A stretch of DNA of 64,000 nucleotides from Nitrospirota bacterium. Lineage in GTDB: Bacteria > Nitrospirota > UBA9217. The notes under the pieces were generated by a model. The model was not told the DNA's origin and made no database searches. It saw only the letters and a program-made list of their open reading frames with translations. Positions 48,337-59,106 of this stretch are shown piece after piece. Position 1 is the stretch's first letter. Each line of letters begins with the position of its first letter. Position numbers and translations under genes: made by a program. The DNA lies in contig CAVWHO010000008.1 of NCBI GenBank assembly GCA_963754875.1, positions 32,001-96,000 of the forward strand, written 5' to 3'.

Positions 48337-48906
48337 TTAAATCCACTTCACCTTCGGTTCCTTCTTCGGCGGTCGTTTCGTCTCTCCCTTGGGATAGCCG
48401 AGCAAAATGGGTCCGAAGATCGCATCGTCGTCCTTCAGTTCAAGAATGTTTCTGACCTCCGGGTCCTCGGTCACCATCGCGCCGAACCCGACCCAGCAGC
48501 TTCCGATCCCCAGCGACTGGGCAGCAAGCATCATGTTCTCGCAAGCCAGGGGGCAAGAATGGTCGGCATAACGTCCGTTGCCGATGACGAACACAATTGT
48601 AGGCGCTGAGTAGTAGACAGGGTCAGGCAGTTCGGCATAACGTTTTTTGATCGCCTCGTATCGCTCGGGATCAACGTCTTTCACCAGCTCGGTGATCTTC
48701 TTTGCCTGAGGCACGGCAGCATTGAGCAGCTTTCTTTTCATTTCCTTATCTTCAACAACCACAAATCGCCAGGGTTGGCTGTTCATCGCGGACGGCGCCT
48801 CGTTCCCAGCCTCAATGATCGTATTCAGGGCGTCCCGGGAAATCGATTTCGAATCATAGGACCTTACAGCTCGTCTTTTCTTGATTGTTTCAATGACCGT
48901 ATTCAT
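48337..48906 (-). CDS. Nitroreductase family protein
   Basis: IKKRRAVRSY, APSAMNSQPWRF, ENMMLAAQSLGIGSCW. Confidence 0.93.
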   Translation of the reverse strand: MNTVIETIKKRRAVRSYDSKSISRDALNTIIEAGNEAPSAMNSQPWRFVVVEDKEMKRKLLNAAVPQAKKITELVKDVDPERYEAIKKRYAELPDPVYYSAPTIVFVIGNGRYADHSCPLACENMMLAAQSLGIGSCWVGFGAMVTEDPEVRNILELKDDDAIFGPILLGYPKGETKRPPKKEPKVKWI

Positions 48907-49035
48907 GATCTCTTCTCCTCGAACCAGGGTTTATGGCTTTGACACATGCTGGTAAACATGCATGGTAAGCACGATAAACAATGGTAGCACAAAAAAACCC
49001 TATTGAGAAGAGGAAGCGCCTCAAGTCCTTCCAAA

Positions 49036-49066
49036 TGTAATATACTTGTAACATTGTCGTAGCATT
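49036..49066 (+). promoter_or_regulatory. Putative Pho box upstream of pstS
   Basis: TGTAAT (49036), TGTAAC (49047), CGTAGC (49058) at 11-bp spacing. Confidence 0.65.
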
Positions 49067-49130
49067 ACCGTGCTAAGAGTACTTAACCTAAGTTGTTCCA
49101 TGATTTCAACTTTCTCAAGGAGGAAAACAA

Positions 49131-50139
49131 ATGAAGAAAATTGTCGCTGTCGCATTAACCGTTACACTGTCAATTGCCGCCGCAGCACTGGCAGAGGAGA
49201 CACTGAACGGAGCGGGGGCGACGTTCCCCTATCCCGTTTATTCCGCCTGGGCCAATGAGTACTACAAAGTAACGGGCATGAAGCTGAATTACCAGTCTAT
49301 CGGCTCCGGCGGCGGAATCAACCAGATCACCGAGCGGACCGTGGATTTCGGCGCGTCCGACAAACCGCTGAAGCCCGAAGAGCTTGCCAGGGCAAACCTG
49401 CTCCAGTTCCCGGCCGTGGTCGGCGGGGTTGTGCCGGTAGTCAATATCGCGGGGATAAAGGCAGGACAACTGAAACTCGATGCGCAAACACTTTCCCAGA
49501 ATCTATCTCGGCGAAATCAGGAAATGGGATGATCCGAAGATCAAAGCGTTGAATCCCGCGCTCAAGCTTCCGGACAGCGGGATCACGGTAGTCCACCGCT
49601 CGGACGGGTCAGGCACGACCGCCGTCTTTACGGATTATCTGTGCGATGTGTCTCCGTCCTGGAGGGAAAAGGTCGGCACCGGCACTTCGGTGAGTTGGCC
49701 CGCAGGAATCGGCGGCAAGGGAAATGAAGGCGTTGCCAACTATGTTCAGCAGGCCGCGAACTCCATCGGCTACGTTGAATTCGCCTACGCAAAGCAGAAC
49801 GCCATGGCATTCACGCTCCTCAAGAACCGTGCAGGAAATTTTGTAGGACCGAGTTTCGAAACATTTGAGGATGCCGCCGCATCGGCAAGTTTCGATCCCA
49901 GAAAGGATTTTTACCTCTGGCTGAACGATGCGCCGGGGAAAAAGGCCTGGCCCATCGCCGGCGCCACGTTCATCCTCCTTGCCAAAGAGAAAAAAGACTC
50001 AAACAGGAACGTGGTCAAGTTCTACGATTGGGCGTTCAAGAATGGAGACGACAAGGCAAAGGAACTCATCTACGTTCCGCTCCCGAAAGTGTTGAAGGAC
50101 AAGGTCCGAGGTTACTGGAAGTCCAATGGGATTCAGTAG
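49131..50139 (+). CDS. pstS: Phosphate ABC transporter substrate-binding protein (apparent frameshift near 49495)
   Basis: GAGATFPYP, YQSIGSGGG, DFGASD, HRSDGSGTT, GGKGNEGV. Confidence 0.94.
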
Positions 50140-50327
50140 AACTCTGGTATAATTGAACAGGATGGATCGAGGCCCGTGCGGGTCGGACATTGCTATCCGC
50201 AGTGCTTCCGTTTTCGCCTTACCACCCACCGTCGCAATCCTCTTCTCACAGGGAGAGGAAGCTGCTTAGCAGGTCTCCCTGCGAAAGGGAGCAAGCTGAA
50301 TTTCGAAAATTCGGAAAGGTCCGTTCA

Positions 50328-51270
50328 TTGGCCATAGCCCCGAAAAAAAATTATTTTGACCTGTTCTTTTCCTCGGTTACCGGACTTGCATCCTTTACCG
50401 TCATCATTTTCATCATCGGCATTCTGGCGGTGCTGATCAAGGAATCCGTGCCTGCAATCGAGAAATTCGGAGTGATCAATTTCCTGACCTCGACCGCCTG
50501 GAACCCCGTGACCGGCGTTTTTGGAGCAGCGACCACTATTTTCGGCACCTTTGTAACGACCACCCTGGCCCTGCTCTTGTCCATACCCACTGCCATCGGC
50601 ATTGCCATATTCGTGACCGAGATCGCGCCGAATTTTCTGAAAGGCCCCATCGGCGTCGCCATCGAGCTCTTGGCCGCGATCCCGAGCATTATTTACGGCA
50701 TGTGGGGCCTGTTCACCCTCGCGCCGATCATGTCCAAGATACGTCGAACCGGCCCTGAAAAACACCGTCGGGCAAATGCCGTTCCTCGGTTTCCTGTTCG
50801 CGGGCAACCCCCTGGGCATTGATCTCCTGACCGCGAGCATGATCCTCGGCATCATGATCATCCCCTTTACGGCAAGCATCGCGCGCGATTCATTCAACCT
50901 GACCCCTGCCGTGGTCAAGGAATCGGCCTATGCCATCGGAGCGACGAAGTGGGAAGTCGTGAAAAACGTCGTCCTCCCCTACTCCAAGCTGGGGGTGTTC
51001 GGCGGTGCGGCGCTCTCCCTGGGCCGGGCGTTGGGCGAGACCATGGCCGTTGCTTTCGTGCTCGGCAACAACCACAAGATCGCCACGTCGCTCCTCGATG
51101 CGGCCTCGACCATTACCGTCAGCCTCGCGAACGAGTTCACGGAGGCGGACAGCGCTCTCTATCTGTCATCGCTCTATTATCTGGCGCTCGTATTGTTCGT
51201 GATGAGCTTCATCATCCTGGCCATCGCGAAGTTCTTTCTCCTGAAGGCCGAGAGAAAATATGCGAGATAA
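50328..51270 (+). CDS. pstC: Phosphate ABC transporter permease (apparent frameshift near 50740)
   Basis: ELLAAIPSIIYGMWG, ESAYAIGATKWE, LGRALGETMAV. Confidence 0.93.
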
Positions 51271-51295
51271 ACGTTGACAAACTTGTTAATACGGC

Positions 51296-51372
51296 GTCAT
51301 TCCCGCTTGTCGGGAATCGTCGTTGTTTTAGCTTGATGAACGTAGATACGGTTCCGGACAAGCCGGAATGAC
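51296..51372. repeat. REP-like inverted repeat GTCATTCC...GGAATGAC
   Basis: gtcattcccgcttgtcgggaatc ... ggttccggacaagccggaatgac. Confidence 0.7.
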
Positions 51373-51390
51373 ACCAGGAAAGTGCTTGTC

Positions 51391-52233
51391 ATGACTACTG
51401 AACAAAAACGTAAAATAGAAAGTTTCATCGCGCTGGCACTTTCCGGCCTCGCCGCAGCTGTCGGGATTTTCTGGCTCGTGTATATCCTGACCGACGTCGT
51501 TATTCACGGCATCGGCGCTCTGCAGCCGAGCCTGTTCCTGAACGATCCTGCTCCTGCCGGGGTTGAGGGTGGCGGGCTCAGAAACGCCTTTATCGGGCAG
51601 TTGATGATCACTTTGGCCGCCACCTTGATCGGGGTCCCGATCGGCGTTCTGGGAGGCACCTTCCTCGCCGAGTACGCGCGGGGGAAAAAAATCGCGCGAA
51701 TGATCAGCGTTCTTTCCGATATCATGGTGAGCGTGCCGTCCATCGTCGTGGGAGCGTTCGTGTATGCGATCCTGGTTCGGCCGCTCCATCATTTTTCCGG
51801 GTGGGCCGGCGCATTCGCGCTTTCGATCATCATGATCCCGGTCGTGCTCCGGACCACGGAGGACATGCTGTCGCTCGTGCCCTGGACGCTGCGGGAAGCG
51901 GCCTTTGCGCTCGGCGCGCCGTATTACAAGGTGATCATCCAGGTCGTGTACCGCGGAGCTGCCGCCGGCATCCTGACCGGCATCCTGCTGTCGATCGCCC
52001 GTGTTGCAGGCGAGACAGCGCCGCTGCTCTTTACCTCGTTTAACAACAACTTTTTCTCGGGCAGCATGAACGGTCCGCTGGCATCGCTCACCGTCACCAT
52101 TTTCCAGTACGCCATGGGGCCTTACAAAAGCTGGCATGCCCAGGCATGGGGCGCATCGTTCGTGATCACGCTTTTCATCCTCGCCCTCACGATCGCGGGC
52201 AGAGCGATCATCCGCTGGAGGTACAAACGTTGA
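51391..52233 (+). CDS. pstA: Phosphate ABC transporter permease
   Basis: [33 protein letters not shown]. Confidence 0.94.
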   Translation: MTTEQKRKIESFIALALSGLAAAVGIFWLVYILTDVVIHGIGALQPSLFLNDPAPAGVEGGGLRNAFIGQLMITLAATLIGVPIGVLGGTFLAEYARGKKIARMISVLSDIMVSVPSIVVGAFVYAILVRPLHHFSGWAGAFALSIIMIPVVLRTTEDMLSLVPWTLREAAFALGAPYYKVIIQVVYRGAAAGILTGILLSIARVAGETAPLLFTSFNNNFFSGSMNGPLASLTVTIFQYAMGPYKSWHAQAWGASFVITLFILALTIAGRAIIRWRYKR

Positions 52234-52994
52234 CGGGAACAATCGAACTCGAAGTCAAGGACCTGGACTTCTACTATAACGGAGATATTCACGCCCTCAG
52301 AGCGATATCGCTGCCGATATATAAAAACAACGTCACGGCTCTGATCGGACCGTCGGGTTGCGGAAAGACCACGTTGCTACGGTGTTTCAACCGCATGCAC
52401 GATTTGTATCCGAAGCACCGGTACGGGGGGGAGATCATCTTTCAGGGACAAAACATCCTTGCAGACAATCTCGATCTGATCAATCTCAGAAGCCGCATCG
52501 GCATGGTGTTCCAGAAGCCCACGCCCTTCCCGATGTCCATTGCTGAAAACATCGCCTACGGTCTCAGATTGAAAGGCATCAAGAACAAATCGGAACTGGT
52601 GGACCGCATCGAACAGGCGCTCAAACATGCCGCGCTCTGGGAGGAAGTCCGGGACAAGTTGAATTCCGGCGCCTACGAACTCTCAGGCGGACAGCAGCAG
52701 CGGCTCGTGATCGCCCGCGCCCTGGCCGTGTCACCCGAGGTGCTGCTCTTCGACGAACCCACGTCAGCGCTGGACCCAATTTCAACGGCGAAAATTGAGG
52801 AACTCGTCGTAAACCTGAAAAAGGACGTGTCCATCATCATCGTCACGCACAACATGCAGCAAGCGGCGCGTGTGTCCGATATGACGGGATTTCTGTACAT
52901 GGGTGAGCTGATCGAATACGGCACCACGGAAAAGATCTTCACGAACCCGGACAAGAAGCAGACCGACGATTACATTACAGGAAGGTTCGGGTAA
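52230..52994 (+). CDS. pstB: Phosphate ABC transporter ATPase
   Basis: [36 protein letters not shown]. Confidence 0.96.
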   Translation: MTGTIELEVKDLDFYYNGDIHALRAISLPIYKNNVTALIGPSGCGKTTLLRCFNRMHDLYPKHRYGGEIIFQGQNILADNLDLINLRSRIGMVFQKPTPFPMSIAENIAYGLRLKGIKNKSELVDRIEQALKHAALWEEVRDKLNSGAYELSGGQQQRLVIARALAVSPEVLLFDEPTSALDPISTAKIEELVVNLKKDVSIIIVTHNMQQAARVSDMTGFLYMGELIEYGTTEKIFTNPDKKQTDDYITGRFG

Positions 52995-53078
52995 TGCTGT
53001 GAGCATGATGCCTGATGCATGAGGGAGGTCTCTAAAAATTTTCATCCTTCCCTGCATCATGTATCCTGCATCCTCCAT
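52995..53078. repeat. Heptamer-based inverted repeat between pstB and phoU
   Basis: atgcctg atgcatg ... cctgcat catgtat cctgcat cctccat. Confidence 0.6.
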
Positions 53079-53100
53079 CGAATCTATTAAGGGAGAACAC

Positions 53101-53784
53101 ATGTCCAACCAAAAAGAACAGGAACTCGAAAAACTCAAGGAACGCCTGCTTGCTATGGGAGGGTTCGTCGAAGACGCGATCAGGAAATCCATGAAAGCGC
53201 TCACGGAGCGGGACCGTAAACTGGCGATCGAGGTGATCGACGGCGATGCCATTGTGAACAACTTCGATGTGGAGATCGAAGAAGAGTGCATCAGGTTTCT
53301 CGCCCTGTGGCAGCCCACGGGCAGCAACCTCCGTTTTATCACGACGGCCATCAAGATCATCACCGATCTGGAGCGCATGGGCGATCTGGCCGTGGACATC
53401 TGCGAACGCGCCATTGAACTGGGGGATGAGCCGCCGCTCAAACCCTATATCGACCTGCCGCGCATGGCCGAGGCTGCTCAGAAGATGCTGAAGGACAGCC
53501 TCGATGCTTTCGTGGCCCGGGACGCAGACCTTGCCGTTCGGGTCTGTGCCGCCGACGACTTCGTGGACAACCTGAACCAGCAGATTTTCAACGAATTGCT
53601 TGTGTTCATGCTGCAAGACCCCAAGAACATCTCGCGCGCCGTGCGACTTACCTACATCACGAAGTACCTGGAGCGGATAGCCGACCATGCAACCAACATC
53701 GCCGAAATGGTCGTCTATCTGGTAAAGGGCAAGGTCATCCGCCACATGGCTTGCGAACCGGTTCGCCAGCCGCATGAAAGCTGA
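53101..53784 (+). CDS. phoU: Phosphate signalling regulator
   Basis: DLERMGDLA, YLERIADHATNIAE. Confidence 0.96.
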   Translation: MSNQKEQELEKLKERLLAMGGFVEDAIRKSMKALTERDRKLAIEVIDGDAIVNNFDVEIEEECIRFLALWQPTGSNLRFITTAIKIITDLERMGDLAVDICERAIELGDEPPLKPYIDLPRMAEAAQKMLKDSLDAFVARDADLAVRVCAADDFVDNLNQQIFNELLVFMLQDPKNISRAVRLTYITKYLERIADHATNIAEMVVYLVKGKVIRHMACEPVRQPHES

Positions 53785-53953
53785 AGGGGCAGGACCTGCC
53801 CGCCCTTCCCGTCCCGGACCTGACCGAGGGGAGTATGCCGTCCCTGCCGATCCCGGTGTGTATTCAGATTCTTTTTGACAATCCGTTCGTATTCCTTTAT
53901 ATTTAAATCTCAAGCTCTGTATTTCCGTACCACTACCCCAAAGGAGACCGTGC

Positions 53954-55012
53954 ATGATCCCCACCGTCGAATGGAAAGACGGCATCGTCCGGATGCTGGA
54001 CCAGACAAAACTGCCCCTTGAAACAGTCTATACTGAGTGCAAAGACTATGAAACCGTGGCCAGAGGAATCAAGGAACTATGGGTGCGCGGCGCCCCGGCG
54101 ATCGGTGTGTCGGCCGCCATGGGCCTTGCGCTCGGCGCCCGGCAGATAACAGCGGACTCCTTCGAGGAGTTTTGGCCGAAATTCGAGGAAATCTGCGCCA
54201 CCATGGCGGCAACGCGGCCTACGGCAGTGAACCTGTTCTGGGCCATCGACCGGATTAAAAAACTCGTACAGAAGAACAAAGACAAGGACCTTGACGCTAT
54301 CAGGGACCTGCTCGTCGCTGAATCCCAGAGCATGATCGACGATGACATCGAGACGAACAAAAAGATCGGCGCCTACGGGGCGGGGTTCGTCTCCGACGGC
54401 GATAACATCATTACACACTGTAATGCGGGCTCCATCGCCACGGCCGGTTACGGGACAGCCGAGGGAGTAATGCGCTCGGCGGTCGAAGACGGCAAAAAAA
54501 TCCACGTCTACGTCGACGAGACGCGCCCCGTGCTCCAAGGCGCCCGGCTCACTGCATGGGAGCTCATGCAGGAGAACATCCCCTGCACGCTTATCACCGA
54601 CAACATGGCGGGCTACTTCCTCTACCGCGACATGATCGACCTGGCCATCGTCGGGGCCGACCGCATTGCGCGGAACGGCGATGTGGCAAACAAGATCGGC
54701 ACCTACAGCCTCGCCGTGCTCTGCAAGGAACACGGCATCCCCTTCTACGTGGCCGCGCCGCTGTCGAGTATCGATTTCAGCATCGAATCAGGCGCCGATA
54801 TCCCGATCGAAGAGCGCGATCCCCGCGAAGTGACCCACGTGCTCGGGAAAATCCAAATTGCGCCGGACGGCGTGACCGCCGCCAACCCGGCGTTCGACGT
54901 CACGCCTGCCCGGTATATCACGGCCATCATCACTGAAAAAGGAGCGTTCCTGCCCAAGGACCTCCACAAACTCGCCGACGGAAAGATCGACCCGGAGCGA
55001 TTCAGGCTCTGA
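53954..55012 (+). CDS. mtnA: S-methyl-5-thioribose-1-phosphate isomerase
   Basis: LDQTKLP, VRGAPAIG, RPTAVNL, THCNAG, ETRPVLQGARLT. Confidence 0.96.
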   Translation: MIPTVEWKDGIVRMLDQTKLPLETVYTECKDYETVARGIKELWVRGAPAIGVSAAMGLALGARQITADSFEEFWPKFEEICATMAATRPTAVNLFWAIDRIKKLVQKNKDKDLDAIRDLLVAESQSMIDDDIETNKKIGAYGAGFVSDGDNIITHCNAGSIATAGYGTAEGVMRSAVEDGKKIHVYVDETRPVLQGARLTAWELMQENIPCTLITDNMAGYFLYRDMIDLAIVGADRIARNGDVANKIGTYSLAVLCKEHGIPFYVAAPLSSIDFSIESGADIPIEERDPREVTHVLGKIQIAPDGVTAANPAFDVTPARYITAIITEKGAFLPKDLHKLADGKIDPERFRL

Positions 55013-55116
55013 GAGCGCCGTCATCGCACCCTGCTCAAGCCGTTCATCGCAACAGCAACGGACACTCCCTGGTGTGCTCTGTGATTCTGTACTCGCGTCG
55101 CGACGCGGAGGGCTGA

Positions 55117-56211
55117 ATGAAGCAGACCGTTCTCCACCGGAAACATGAGCTCGTAAAAGCGAAGATGACGGACTTCGCAGGTTGGCAAATCCCGCTCCAG
55201 TTCTCCGATATACAGGAAGAATATCGTGCTGTGCGCGCCGCTGCCGGCCTTTTCGATATCGGCTATCTGGGCAGGATTGAAGTGCGCGGCACGGGCGCAG
55301 CCGCTCTGCTCCAGAACGTCGTTACCTGGAACCTGAGCAGGGTCGCGGAAGGTTTTGCCCATTACGGCCTTCTCTGCAACGAGGCCGGCTGCATCCTTGA
55401 CGACGTTCTCATCTTCCATCTCCCTTCCGGGAAAACGTCTCCGGACCGTTATCTTCTTTCCACAAACGCCGCCAATACCGATAAAATTCTGCTCTGGCTG
55501 AAACAGCACGCGTCGAAGGCAGTCGAAATTACCGACAGAACGCTCTTCACGGTCCATTTGTCTTTGCAGGGTCCGCGCTCGCTCCCCATCCTCGAAAAAC
55601 TCACGGAGCATCATTTCAAAAAAATGAAGCTCCGGGCAGTCCGGGAATTTCCGTTTGCGGACTCGTCCGTCATCGTGTCCCGGACGGGCTATACCGGCGA
55701 GCACGGATACGAGTTCATCGCCCCGGCAGACCGCGCCGAATCGCTCTGGGACGCGATCATGAACGCGGGCAGTGATGAAGGGATCCTTCCCTGCGGTTTC
55801 GCGAGCAGGGACCTCTTGAGGCTGGAGATGGGGCACCTTTTGTACGGAAACGAGCTTGATGAAACCCGCACTCCCCTCGAGGCCGGGCTCTCGTATTTTG
55901 TCGATTTTGACAAGGATTTTATCGGAAAGGAAGCGCTGCTCAGGTTAAAAGCCGAAGGCGTCAAACAGAAGCTTGCCGGCTTTCACCTTCTGGACAAGGG
56001 GGTACCGAAGAGCGGGGGCAGCATCTTTTCGGAAAACCGCGAGGTCGGCGTGGTCACCAGCGGCTGTCTGTCACCCCATCTTCGCAAAGGCATCGGGCTC
56101 GGCTATATTGTCGCCCGCTATGCACAGCCTGGCCAGGAAATTGAAATCGAGGTCCGCGACCGGGAAATCGCCGCAAAAATTGTAGACCTGCCTTTTTATA
56201 AAAAGAAATAG
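55117..56211 (+). CDS. gcvT: Glycine cleavage aminomethyltransferase
   Basis: FAGWQIP, AGLFDI, SRTGYTGEHGYE, RDLLRLE, LYGNEL. Confidence 0.93.
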   Translation: MKQTVLHRKHELVKAKMTDFAGWQIPLQFSDIQEEYRAVRAAAGLFDIGYLGRIEVRGTGAAALLQNVVTWNLSRVAEGFAHYGLLCNEAGCILDDVLIFHLPSGKTSPDRYLLSTNAANTDKILLWLKQHASKAVEITDRTLFTVHLSLQGPRSLPILEKLTEHHFKKMKLRAVREFPFADSSVIVSRTGYTGEHGYEFIAPADRAESLWDAIMNAGSDEGILPCGFASRDLLRLEMGHLLYGNELDETRTPLEAGLSYFVDFDKDFIGKEALLRLKAEGVKQKLAGFHLLDKGVPKSGGSIFSENREVGVVTSGCLSPHLRKGIGLGYIVARYAQPGQEIEIEVRDREIAAKIVDLPFYKKK

Positions 56212-56339
56212 CTGCACTGCCTGCCGATATTCAGATTCCCGTTGCTTGGAACGAGAGAAAGAAAAATTCAGATACAGAAAAAACGGACAAGCTCAATGAA
56301 GCATCATGATTGTTCCCGGCGGCATGACCCGGCCTGTTA

Positions 56340-57518
56340 TCAAACCACGGGAACCGAAGCGAGTTTGCGGGAGCCGGCAGGAGCCACGGCATTCGGCAGC
56401 CAGTTCTGTTCCGGTGCCGGTAAGCGACGGCGGGAAGCCGAGCGCGACTGGTGCTTCTTTCTCAGAACGGCATACTCATGGGGCCGCCCGCCATCAAGCG
56501 GGTCGTAAGCGGCAGCAAAGCGCGGCGTGATGAGCGAGATGCGGCGGAACGGCATTTTCGTGGCAGCACGATAGATCTCTTTTGTGCCGGCCGGCAGCCT
56601 CAGGACGTACTGATTAACATAGGGAGGCGTTGTCCTGGTTTCCAACTCGGGGTTCAAGTCCTTGAGGTCCTCGTAGGTGCATCCGATAAGGGCAGCAACG
56701 TCATCGATGTCAGTACTTTCATCGATCCGCACTTCGTCATAGCTGAATGCTCTTCCATTCTTCACAGTAAAACCGTACCGTTCCGGGTCCCGTGCGATCA
56801 AGACGGCTGCCAAGAGCCTGGGCACGTAGTTCCGCGTTTCCCGACGGAGTATCTGAGACTCGTACAGATCAGGCAGGTCGTTGTCCCGTGAGTGGAAGAG
56901 CGCCCGAGATATTCTTCCCGCACCTGCGTTATACGACGCCAGGGCCAGACGCCACGATCCAAAGTGCCTGTACAGGTCTCGCAAATACGCTGCCGCTGCC
57001 TGCGTTGATTTCACAGGGTCCCGCCTTTCATCGATCCATCCATCCATCTTGAGCCCGTATGCTTTGGCCGTGATTGCCCTGAATTGCCACGGACCCACAG
57101 CCCGGGCACGCGATACGGCGTTCATACGCAGCCCGCTTTCTATCATTGCCACATAAACGAGGTCCTGCGGCAGGTCGTTCTTGCGGAATATTTCCTTCAT
57201 GAGGGGGAGGAACCGTGAGGAATGGTCGAGCCAGTTCTGGAAACTCGGCTTCCCGGTCGTACTGAAATACTCGATTTGAGCGTCCACGCGTTCGTCGGCG
57301 GGAACCGGAGCACCGGAAGACCCGAACAACTGCTCGGCAAAAACAACTGGGTCCCCGATGGGAGAAGGTTCGGAAGGTTTTGCCAGTTCCAAGGGGGCCG
57401 CGACCGGACCGTTCAGCGACCGGTCAAGCTCGCCCGCAGGGGCACTGCTTCCGGCATGAAGCAGCGCCGGTAATAACAGCATTCCCCCTATCAACAGATA
57501 GAAAATCAATTTACTCAT
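56340..57518 (-). CDS. Lytic transglycosylase (MltD-like SLT, no clear LysM)
   Basis: AMIESG, AVGPWQF, DERRDPVKST, ASYNAG, ETRNYVP. Confidence 0.9.
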   Translation of the reverse strand: MSKLIFYLLIGGMLLLPALLHAGSSAPAGELDRSLNGPVAAPLELAKPSEPSPIGDPVVFAEQLFGSSGAPVPADERVDAQIEYFSTTGKPSFQNWLDHSSRFLPLMKEIFRKNDLPQDLVYVAMIESGLRMNAVSRARAVGPWQFRAITAKAYGLKMDGWIDERRDPVKSTQAAAAYLRDLYRHFGSWRLALASYNAGAGRISRALFHSRDNDLPDLYESQILRRETRNYVPRLLAAVLIARDPERYGFTVKNGRAFSYDEVRIDESTDIDDVAALIGCTYEDLKDLNPELETRTTPPYVNQYVLRLPAGTKEIYRAATKMPFRRISLITPRFAAAYDPLDGGRPHEYAVLRKKHQSRSASRRRLPAPEQNWLPNAVAPAGSRKLASVPVV

Positions 57519-57837
57519 CGTCCTGTCTCCTTTTGAACCGCATCTCTCCAGGTAACAGGGCCGCTCATGCCGGCTCGAAAAAAATTAAATGATGAAGACA
57601 GCCAGCTTGGAATTGTTCAGCTAATAAAATATTTTTTTAATATCATCTCCCGTCGCCTACGGAAATAGGCATATCAACATAAGTCGCAGATTAATTGTAA
57701 TAGTTTAATTAACTCACAAAATCTTATTATGTCAAGGGGACTAAAGTATGACTAATTTTCGACTTGGTTTGTGATACTTGTGGTTCTGTGATGCTATACT
57801 TAAAATAAAGACATTATCGAGGAGGGAGGCGACGGTA

Positions 57838-58089
57838 ATGAAAGCACCCGCAAAGAGAGCGAAAGGTCGCAGGGAACGGGAAACCTTGACCGAGGCATAC
57901 GAGGTGCGTGCATTCAGAGATGATGAGGAAGAGTCGCACCTGATAGAAGCTGAGCTTCCGGAAATCCCGCACGCAGAGCAGGGCTCGCTCCAACTGATCA
58001 AAAATATGATCAGCGGACATGGTGAACAAACCGTGCTGCCAGACGATTGTCAGTTTGGCGATAACGATTTGTGTGCTGTCGAATCATAA
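57838..58089 (+). CDS. Small hypothetical protein (83 aa)
   Basis: GGAGGGAGG RBS before the ATG. Confidence 0.5.
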   Translation: MKAPAKRAKGRRERETLTEAYEVRAFRDDEEESHLIEAELPEIPHAEQGSLQLIKNMISGHGEQTVLPDDCQFGDNDLCAVES

Positions 58090-58445
58090 GTAGCGCGAAA
58101 GAAAGCGGAATTGCTCTCGCGCAGATATTCTTCTCATTAAAAAGAGAGGTGTGTGCTTTTTTTCCCACGTCCTTTCCGGCTGAATCCCCCTGGGAAAAGC
58201 CGTCAATGGTCCAGTAGGTCTTCGGCTTTTTCCCTTTGATGAAGAAATGCACCCTCTCTCCTGAAGAAATACGAATCTCCATAATGAGTGAAGAACCTGT
58301 CGTCACTCCCTCACAGAATGCTGAAACCACTCAAGAAGAACACCGAAGCATGTTTATCGATCAAGGACCTTCGCGAAAATCCCGGCTAAAGAAATGCAAC
58401 AAATTGTCGATAAGATTATTAGGCGGGCATCGACGGGAGGTCAAT

Positions 58446-58646
58446 ATGTTAAAAGTATGCGGAAAATTCCAGGTAATAAAAACCGGAGAATGGAAGCAAA
58501 GAATCGAAATATTCCATGAGGGGCATATCCTGGGCTTCGTAGACCGTGAAAAAACGGTGCAAGCCGAAGTCGTCAGGACCAAAAATATTTTCGGCGAAAT
58601 CATGGAAGGTGAGTGCATTGACTGGTTATTGCATCGGACGGGATGA
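58446..58646 (+). CDS. Small hypothetical protein (66 aa)
   Basis: GGGAGG RBS before MLKVCGKFQVIK. Confidence 0.55.
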   Translation: MLKVCGKFQVIKTGEWKQRIEIFHEGHILGFVDREKTVQAEVVRTKNIFGEIMEGECIDWLLHRTG

Positions 58647-59106
58647 ATGATCCCGCTCTGATTCGCGGGACTGCGCTTTGCGAAAGGACAACCGTGACCG
58701 ATGGCTGTCAACATCATCGCATCAAGGCCGTCAGGCAATCATGGCCGATAAAGCCGTAATCATTCCTGTAACTACAACCCGCGCTCCTAACGATGGCCCT
58801 GAACTGCGACAAATTTCATCCACATAAAATCTCCTTAAATGATCTGGCCTTGTTCTTGCTGCAAGCATATTCCTTCTGAAACTTCCACAAGCTGGCAAAA
58901 TACTCGGGGCTCGACGGGCTCTCGACGAACGAAGAAAATAAACTTTTTTTATTTCATGCAGCTGCCCTGCTTCTCAGTTGTTCCTGAACATGTCGAGATA
59001 CGAACGGAGATTTTTTTGTAACAAGCCACGAGATTCTTGATGAGATAAGTCGTTCATGCTATACTGGGCTACATTATCGTGACGGCAATTGCAAGGAGTT
59101 ACTTCA

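Noticed and set aside
55013..55116. Glycine riboswitch upstream of gcvT
   Set aside because: The spacer is only ~100 nt and lacks recognisable aptamer motifs.
58090..58445. c-di-GMP riboswitch before a small ORF
   Set aside because: The GEMM consensus elements were not found in the right order.
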